Positions 31,894 through 37,315 of a stretch of 37,315 bases of DNA are shown in pieces. This stretch comes from Opitutales bacterium (GTDB lineage: Bacteria > Verrucomicrobiota > Verrucomicrobiia > Opitutales > T3Sed10-336): positions 1 to 37,315 of the forward strand of contig SLOW01000286.1 in NCBI GenBank assembly GCA_007132315.1. The letters are read 5' to 3'. The stretch's first letter is position 1. The number at the start of each line of letters is the position of its first letter. Under the pieces are notes generated by a model. The model saw nothing but the letters and a program-made list of their open reading frames with translations, ran no database searches and was not told where the DNA came from. Made by a program: the position numbers and the translations under genes.

Positions 31894-32915
31894 TACTTGG
31901 GAAGGCGGCTATGGACAACATCGCGAACGATTGATTCGACACGGGCGCGCCATGCGTCAGAAAATTTCGGGTCTCCTTCAGCGGAGTGGACGGTGCAATG
32001 TTTCGCGGCTTCGGGAAATCCGCATTCTGTTAAGACGCAGGCGATGCGGGAGCGAACAACGTCCATCAATTCCAATTCCGCCGGGGCGAGCGGGAACCGG
32101 GCTCGCCCGGTGTCGAACCCCCTGAGCTGATATCCGGCCCGAAAACCTTCGGGGAAATTCGGGGCGTTGACCATCAAGGAAAAGAGATCGAGCAGTTTAA
32201 ACTGCACGTGCCTGGCTGAGTCCCAGTTTCCGCCGACGGTTTCGTGATAAATTTTCATGATGACCTCCGGGACGATTCCCGCGCTGGAGAGCGTGCCGCC
32301 GTCGCCGCCCATGAAGAGGGAGGCGCAGAGGAGTTCCTCCCACCCGATGAGCACTGAAAAATCGGGACGTTGCGGTTTGATCTCATGCAGGACTTGTTGA
32401 AAGCGAGGCATGTCCCGCGAGGTGTCCTTCGTACCGATGATTCGCGGGCAATCGAGCGCCAGGCGTTTGAGGACGGGAACGCTGATCTCGTTGGCGAAGG
32501 CAGGAATATTGTAGATGACAATATCAATCGGAGATTTCGCGGCCAGTTCTCGGAAATAGGTTTCGATGCTCTCCTGGGTCAGTTTGTAGTAATAAGGACC
32601 GGTGATGGATACCGCTCGACATCCGAGGCCGGCGCAGTAGCGGCACATTTCTAGAACGAGGTCGACGTTTGGTTCCGCCGCCCCTGCAAGGATCGGCCGG
32701 CCTCCCGCTTCTTCGGTGACGATTTTGAGGACCCGCTTGCGTTCCTCGTAAGACAGGCGAATGAACTCGCCCATGCTGCCGTTCGGATAGAATCCGGTAA
32801 CCCCTTTGTCGCCAAGCCAACGGATGATGCGGCGAAGTTCCTCTTCGTTGATCCGTCCCTGGTCATCGTAGGGGACGATGTTCGGTACAAAGATTCCTTG
32901 TAATTGACCGGGCAT
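31893..32915 (-). CDS. DHDPS/N-acetylneuraminate-lyase-family class I aldolase with C-terminal extension
   Basis: Family blocks are GFYPNGSMGEF (variant of GTTGE), IVIYNIP and IIGTKDTS (Schiff-base Lys). At 340 aa it runs ~40 aa beyond the usual family length. Confidence 0.8.
   Translation of the reverse strand: MPGQLQGIFVPNIVPYDDQGRINEEELRRIIRWLGDKGVTGFYPNGSMGEFIRLSYEERKRVLKIVTEEAGGRPILAGAAEPNVDLVLEMCRYCAGLGCRAVSITGPYYYKLTQESIETYFRELAAKSPIDIVIYNIPAFANEISVPVLKRLALDCPRIIGTKDTSRDMPRFQQVLHEIKPQRPDFSVLIGWEELLCASLFMGGDGGTLSSAGIVPEVIMKIYHETVGGNWDSARHVQFKLLDLFSLMVNAPNFPEGFRAGYQLRGFDTGRARFPLAPAELELMDVVRSRIACVLTECGFPEAAKHCTVHSAEGDPKFSDAWRARVESIVRDVVHSRLPK
31896..31955 (-). other. putative BMC encapsulation peptide (C-terminal amphipathic helix of the aldolase)
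   Basis: AWRARVESIVRDVVHSRLPK has hydrophobic residues at i, i+4, i+7, i+8, i+11, i+12 and i+16. It is preceded by a linker, ECGFPEAAKHCTVHSAEGDPKFSD. The pattern resembles known encapsulation peptides such as the PduD/PduP N-termini. Confidence 0.5.
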
Positions 32916-32947
32916 GGTGAGAAGCGAAGGTTTTGTCGGAATACGAT

Positions 32948-33790
32948 TCAGGATGTTGGGTCCAAAGAGTAAATACGCCGGGCGTTCCGAGCATAGATTT
33001 TATCCCGGTTCTCCGCGCTCTCCTCCGCGAATATTTCATGAGTGACCTTGACCCATTGGTTCAGTGAGGCGGTCAAATTGCAAACAGGCCAGTCGCCTCC
33101 CCAGACGAGGCGGTCCCAGCCAAAACAATCCACCGCATGTTCGACCCACGGGCGGATCGTTTCGGTTGTAACCGCATCCGGAGGAGAATATGCAGGCAGC
33201 CCCGAGACTTTACAGATAACATTGGGACGGCTCGAGATATCCCGAAGCGAATCGTGCCATGGATCGCGTGCTTCCCCTGCGATGTCGGGCACGCCGCAAT
33301 GGTCGAGAATGAACGAAACATTCGGGCAGGAATCGACCAATTCCGCGGCGATTGTAAGCTGTGCGGGAAGCACGCAAAGGTCGAAGGTTAGGCCGCGCGC
33401 GGCGAGCCGGGCGATGTTTTGCCGGAAACTCGGTAAACGGGAAAGCTCATCCGGCTGGGTGTGGAGAACCCGTCGGATTCCTTTCACCGCAGGGTGATGG
33501 ATTGTATCCAGGTGCGTTTCGAAATCGTCATTTTCCGGACGGGCGGAGGCGATCACCCCGAGTAGCTTGTTGGCCGGATTCTCGGCCATTCGAGAAAAGA
33601 ACCGGGCCTCATCAATCGACTGGGCCCGGTCGACGTCGACCTCCATAAATAAGGTTCCCTCGATATCGAGGCCGGCGGAGGCGTTGCGGTATTCGTCCAG
33701 ACGGAAATTACCTTGCAGAGGAGACAGATTTTCCGTCCAAGGATACTGGAAACGACCCGGGTAGAGGAGATGTTGGTGAGTATCGATCAT
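32948..33790 (-). CDS. amidohydrolase-2 (COG3618-type) sugar lactonase-like protein
   Basis: MIDTHQHLL carries the HxH metal motif at the N-terminus. Other blocks are ILDHCG and VWGGDWP. This matches the pattern of the family that includes L-fucono-1,5-lactonase. Confidence 0.7.
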   Translation of the reverse strand: MIDTHQHLLYPGRFQYPWTENLSPLQGNFRLDEYRNASAGLDIEGTLFMEVDVDRAQSIDEARFFSRMAENPANKLLGVIASARPENDDFETHLDTIHHPAVKGIRRVLHTQPDELSRLPSFRQNIARLAARGLTFDLCVLPAQLTIAAELVDSCPNVSFILDHCGVPDIAGEARDPWHDSLRDISSRPNVICKVSGLPAYSPPDAVTTETIRPWVEHAVDCFGWDRLVWGGDWPVCNLTASLNQWVKVTHEIFAEESAENRDKIYARNARRIYSLDPTS

Positions 33791-33792
33791 AG

Positions 33793-34131
33793 TCAGTCAG
33801 AGTGAAAAACTTCTTCCATTTCCGCCCACCATTCGCCAGGTAAGCGATCGGGGAGGGGGGTCTGGCATGGCTTGCATACTTCCCACCATTCCAGGGTTTT
33901 GGGATCGGCCGCCATCTTGGCCGCGTCTGCCTCGAAGTCGTTCCCAGTGTATTCAAAATAACTAAACAGGTAGTAATTTCCGTCGGGAAGTTTTCGCAAA
34001 TAGATCGAGTAGTTGCGGATGTTGCACTTGTCGATCATCTGCAGGACCTCCGGCCAGACCGCGGCGTGGAGACGTTTGTATTCTTCGATTTTTTCCGGTT
34101 TAAGACCGATTACACTTCCGTAACGCTTCAT
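33793..34131 (-). CDS. rhaM: L-rhamnose mutarotase family protein
   Basis: 112 aa. MKRYGSVIGLKPEKIEEYKRLHAAVWPEVL..IRNYSIYL..LFSYFEY..WW..C is co-linear with the YiiL/RhaM pattern. Confidence 0.8.
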   Translation of the reverse strand: MKRYGSVIGLKPEKIEEYKRLHAAVWPEVLQMIDKCNIRNYSIYLRKLPDGNYYLFSYFEYTGNDFEADAAKMAADPKTLEWWEVCKPCQTPLPDRLPGEWWAEMEEVFHSD

Positions 34132-34146
34132 CGTAATATCCAGGGT

Positions 34147-34674
34147 TCAGGTTTCTTTGTCAGGTACTTCAGCTTCAAAGGCCGCCGGGTTGCGATACTT
34201 GACGGTCTGAAGGTGTTCACAATATAGGGCCAGATCGCCTTCATTCTTAAAGATCTCGTAGCTGGCGCGATAGAGTCCCATTTCCTTATATTTGGGAGAT
34301 TTCTCCAAGTCGGTTTTGATGGTGTAGACCGTGTCGCCGATGAAGACAGGTTTGATAAATCGAAGCTTGTCGTAGCCATAACTGAAGGCGTTCACGCAAT
34401 TGGTGGCGACCAGGCCGAGCCCGACACTGAACACCATCGCTCCGGCGATCAGTCGCCTGCCGAAGAGGCCATCTTCGCGGGCGAAGATTTCGTCGGCCAC
34501 ATACGGATGCATATCGAGGACCAAGGCGTTGAATTGCATCGATTCCCCCTCACCCAGCGTGCGGCGTATTGAACGAATCCTTCGGCCAATCTGGATATCC
34601 TCGTAATACCAGTCTTCGGCGTTCCAAACAGGAATCTCCTTATGTTTGACTGGATCCGGATTGGGATTCTTCAC
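34147..34674 (-). CDS. MaoC-like hot-dog protein lacking the catalytic His (probable non-catalytic partner)
   Basis: The hydratase-2 motif position reads LDMHPYV, so Asp is kept and His is replaced by Val. It shares the block [20 protein letters not shown] with the second MaoC. The GTG start overlaps the CoA-transferase stop (GTGA). Confidence 0.7.
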   Translation of the reverse strand: MKNPNPDPVKHKEIPVWNAEDWYYEDIQIGRRIRSIRRTLGEGESMQFNALVLDMHPYVADEIFAREDGLFGRRLIAGAMVFSVGLGLVATNCVNAFSYGYDKLRFIKPVFIGDTVYTIKTDLEKSPKYKEMGLYRASYEIFKNEGDLALYCEHLQTVKYRNPAAFEAEVPDKET

Positions 34675-35837
34675 AAGTGAAACTCTTTCTCTACGGATTG
34701 GTTGTGTTGTCCGATGGAGGGTGCGCCTCGGGTGGATTTATAAATGTTGCCGTCGATCCGAATGGGACAGCGAAGCGTTTTCAACGGCGTTCCACCAGAA
34801 CACAAGATTTCCTGTTCCATGTCAAGCGCGCGATAACCCTCGGTTGCCCGCAATACTTTCCAATTCATGACCTCCGCGCACCAAATGTCGGCCGGTTCGA
34901 GGACCGCCAGCCATTCGGTAGTTGTTTTGCTCTTTAGATGATTGCGCAGGATCCCCTTGATCTCATCACGGCGGGTGAACCAACTCTTGGGTTCGGTAAA
35001 CGATTCCAGCGGGGGGCAATCGAGCAGTTTCCCCAAATGAGTCACTGCGCCCATGGCCAAGGCGAGATGCCCGTCGGCGGTGGCGTAGATGCCATAAGGC
35101 GCTCCGAGATAGGCGTGGCCGTTATTCACCGCGCTCCGGCGGGCGGGTTGTTCCCCATCGTTCAAATGGGTGGTGATGACTTCGAACTGCAGGTCGAGGA
35201 TCGACTCCAGCAGGCTCACCTCCACGCGTGCTCCTCTTCCGGATATGCCGCGTCGAACCAGACAGGCGAGGATTCCCTCGACCAGGTGTGCGCTGGCGGC
35301 AAGGTCGGCGACGGCGAGACCCACCGGGACGGGCGGATCGTCCATGTTGCCTGAAAGCCAGCAAAGTCCCGATATCGACTGGGCGAGGAGATCCTGGCCG
35401 GGTTTGGCCGCCCAGGGGCCGTCCGGTCCATAACCGGTCACGGTGCCGAAGATCAGGCGCGGATTGATGCGCGCCACGGTATCGTAATCAAGGCCGAGCT
35501 TTCGCATGACTCCAGGGCGAAAGTTTTCGATCAGGACATCGGCACTTTCAATCAATTTCCGCACTTTCGCCAAATCATCGGCGTCTTTGAGGTCGGCTGC
35601 GAAACCTTCTTTATTGCGATTGATGGAATGAAATAGGGTGCTATCTCCTTCGACCCCCAGATTCGAGATATAGAGCTGGCGGCAGATGTCCCCGCCTCGG
35701 GGCCGCTCGATTTTAATCACCCGCGCACCTAGGTCGGCCAGTCGCATCGCGGCGGCGGGCCCGGCCAGAAATTGGGAAAAATCGAGAACGAGCAGGCCGT
35801 GCAGCGGTTTGTCGGAGGAGTCTGAAGCATTTACCAT
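34671..35837 (-). CDS. family III (CaiB/BaiF) CoA-transferase
   Basis: Blocks: [78 protein letters not shown]. Confidence 0.85.
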   Translation of the reverse strand: MVNASDSSDKPLHGLLVLDFSQFLAGPAAAMRLADLGARVIKIERPRGGDICRQLYISNLGVEGDSTLFHSINRNKEGFAADLKDADDLAKVRKLIESADVLIENFRPGVMRKLGLDYDTVARINPRLIFGTVTGYGPDGPWAAKPGQDLLAQSISGLCWLSGNMDDPPVPVGLAVADLAASAHLVEGILACLVRRGISGRGARVEVSLLESILDLQFEVITTHLNDGEQPARRSAVNNGHAYLGAPYGIYATADGHLALAMGAVTHLGKLLDCPPLESFTEPKSWFTRRDEIKGILRNHLKSKTTTEWLAVLEPADIWCAEVMNWKVLRATEGYRALDMEQEILCSGGTPLKTLRCPIRIDGNIYKSTRGAPSIGQHNQSVEKEFHL

Positions 35838-35866
35838 AACGAGGGAGCGAGTGAGATTGTGTCGGT

Positions 35867-36334
35867 TCAGGTTTGAAGTTCGGGGCTGGACTCCGGTTCG
35901 CGCCGGTTGACCAGCAGGAGGTGTTCACAGGCGAGGACGATTTCATCTCTCTGATTGAAGACCTCGACCAGTTCGCTGACCACTCCTTGCGCGGGTCGCT
36001 TATGCGGACGCTTCTCCTTGACCGCCACCCGGACTCGGATGGTATCACCAATAAAGACCGGCTTGATAAAGCGAAGGCGATCGTAACCGTAGGAAAAGGC
36101 TTCGGCGTTGATCGCACCGGCTGTCATTCCGATGGCGACGCTGAATATCAGTGTGCCGTGGGCGATTCTCTGGTGGAACTCCTGGGTCTTGCACCATTCC
36201 GCATCCATGTGATGCGGATAAAAGTCACCGGTCTGTCCGGCGTGCATGACGATGTCGGTTTCGGTAATGGTTCGTCCGCCGGTTTGGCGGACATGTCCGA
36301 TTTCGTACTCTTCAAAATAGATATTTGTGAACAT
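35867..36334 (-). CDS. MaoC-like (R)-specific enoyl-CoA hydratase/dehydratase (catalytic Asp/His present)
   Basis: The hydratase-2 motif reads [12 protein letters not shown]. It shares the block [20 protein letters not shown] with the first MaoC. Confidence 0.75.
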   Translation of the reverse strand: MFTNIYFEEYEIGHVRQTGGRTITETDIVMHAGQTGDFYPHHMDAEWCKTQEFHQRIAHGTLIFSVAIGMTAGAINAEAFSYGYDRLRFIKPVFIGDTIRVRVAVKEKRPHKRPAQGVVSELVEVFNQRDEIVLACEHLLLVNRREPESSPELQT

Positions 36335-36344
36335 GAGTGGGAAG

Positions 36345-37315
36345 TCAGGTATTGCCCGTCAGGCATTTTTGAAACAAACGATTCAATTCGCGCGCGGTGT
36401 CGGACGGTCTCGTGTGTCCGGCTACGCATGCGTGCGCGATCTGAGTCCCGGCGTCCTGAAAGGCCATGTATCCCGGAAACTGCGGACGCAAGAGAGCGAC
36501 ATCAAGAGTCGGGAGGGTTTCCCGGAAGAAGTTCATGCTGGCCGTATTCACCAATGAATCCGTCCAGGCGCTACGGTGACCCGGCTGGCCGCCCGCTTCA
36601 AAATAGATTCCTTTTTGGATTTCCGGACTTGCGGAGAAGGCGGCATAATCCATCGCGGTCCGTGGGTGCTTCGTCATCGCGGATACGGCAAGTCCGGCTC
36701 CACCCAAGGTGGAGCGAAGGGGGGAGTTCCCATAGGTAATCAATCCCCCCGCCTGCAACGGATGCTTGGTGTAACGCGGTCTTGAGTAATTCGAATAGCC
36801 GTAAGCGAACGGACAATAGGCGGCCCGTGGATCGTCGTCGGCAGTCGACATCCATTCGGCGGTGCGGATCGGGTTGCGCTCCAGGCAGGCCGGATCGCAA
36901 TGGGAAACCAATTCCCGCAAAGCCTCGAGAGCCTGAGATAACGCATCCTCCTCGGCCACCTGTTCCCCGTCGAAAACGCGGCCACCCACGGCTTCGCTGA
37001 ACATATAGGCGTGCATCAGGATATCGATCGGAAACGCCGAGACCGTGACAAATCCCCCTTTTGCGAGAGCGAGCAGATCATCCCAATTTTCGGGAAGTTT
37101 CAGAGCGTAACGTTCGATTAAATCGGGCCTCCAGGTCGCGATCGGGGCGGCTGCATCGGTTGCAAGCGTCCATTGCCGGTCCTTGAAACGGTAACTCGGA
37201 TGGGAGCGCCCGACGGAGTTTGCGGCCTGGTCCGCCAGGAATTCGCCTGACACCCAATCCTCGTAGGGAAGGAGAAGCCCTTCGGTCGCGGCCAACGCGG
37301 TATGCGGATGATCCA
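36345..37315 (-). CDS. family-1 extracellular solute-binding-protein-like protein (N-terminus outside the window)
   Basis: The frame stays open to the window edge (..[20 protein letters not shown]..), so the TTG at 37295 in the ORF track is not necessarily the start. Blocks such as [30 protein letters not shown] resemble SBP_bac_1 proteins. Confidence 0.55.
   Translation of the reverse strand, partial: DHPHTALAATEGLLLPYEDWVSGEFLADQAANSVGRSHPSYRFKDRQWTLATDAAAPIATWRPDLIERYALKLPENWDDLLALAKGGFVTVSAFPIDILMHAYMFSEAVGGRVFDGEQVAEEDALSQALEALRELVSHCDPACLERNPIRTAEWMSTADDDPRAAYCPFAYGYSNYSRPRYTKHPLQAGGLITYGNSPLRSTLGGAGLAVSAMTKHPRTAMDYAAFSASPEIQKGIYFEAGGQPGHRSAWTDSLVNTASMNFFRETLPTLDVALLRPQFPGYMAFQDAGTQIAHACVAGHTRPSDTARELNRLFQKCLTGNT

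Noticed and set aside
31279-37315. Interpretation as a complete PVM-type or other canonical BMC locus
   Set aside because: There is only one shell gene and no BMC-P, aldehyde dehydrogenase, PduL/Pta or alcohol dehydrogenase. It is treated as a satellite locus instead.
1-37315. Search by eye for CRISPR arrays, tRNA T-loop/acceptor patterns, rRNA, tmRNA and riboswitch-like leaders
   Set aside because: No regularly spaced direct repeats and no GGTTCGAATCC-type T-loops in a tRNA context were seen. No conserved rRNA or tmRNA strings were seen either. Intergenic regions are mostly too short. This is a visual scan only, not a covariance search.

Overview
37.3-kb, densely coding bacterial window. 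I recognise no rRNA, tRNA or CRISPR array. The gene content suggests a PVC-group organism (Verrucomicrobiota/Planctomycetota-like); this is inference only. That content includes Gfo/Idh/MocA plus xylose-isomerase-like TIM barrels, DUF1080, a PmoA-like protein, a sulfatase remnant, a BMC shell gene and a giant Ser/Thr kinase. There are three blocks. (i) 1-14.2 kb: a 984-aa split P-loop NTPase lies divergent from a six-gene plus-strand array. The array encodes a large FHA protein, a membrane PP2C phosphatase, a TolB-like lipoprotein, an STK-TM-PEGA-WD40 kinase, a small FHA protein and a secreted protein with four ~129-aa repeats. Its logic resembles the actinobacterial FhaA/FhaB/PstP/PknB cassette, but the sensor and partner proteins are different. 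(ii) 14.2-31.3 kb: a sugar-catabolic mosaic with decay scars. It holds an IS1380-like transposase remnant, a GFO+TIM gene pair and a TIM::GFO fusion, and a decayed GFO paralog fragment. It also holds a nagB-II/ROK-like kinase/PIG-L deacetylase operon, an orphan rapZ, an NHS-type MFS transporter, DUF1080, a beta-propeller hydrolase-like protein and a PmoA-like protein. Further scars are a Tat-signal stub, a sulfatase pseudogene and a long compound hairpin in an ~830-nt non-coding gap. (iii) 31.3-37.3 kb: a tightly packed minus-strand operon. In order it encodes a solute-binding protein, MaoC, a family III CoA-transferase, a second MaoC, rhamnose mutarotase, a COG3618-type lactonase-like amidohydrolase and a DHDPS-family class I aldolase. 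It ends in a solitary tandem-BMC (BMC-T-like) shell protein. The aldolase carries a ~40-aa C-terminal extension ending in an amphipathic helix that looks like a BMC encapsulation peptide. I rank this satellite BMC/deoxy-sugar operon and the NTPase-linked FHA/PP2C/STK cassette as the two best candidates for undescribed biology. All family assignments come from motif recognition by eye, with no searches run.
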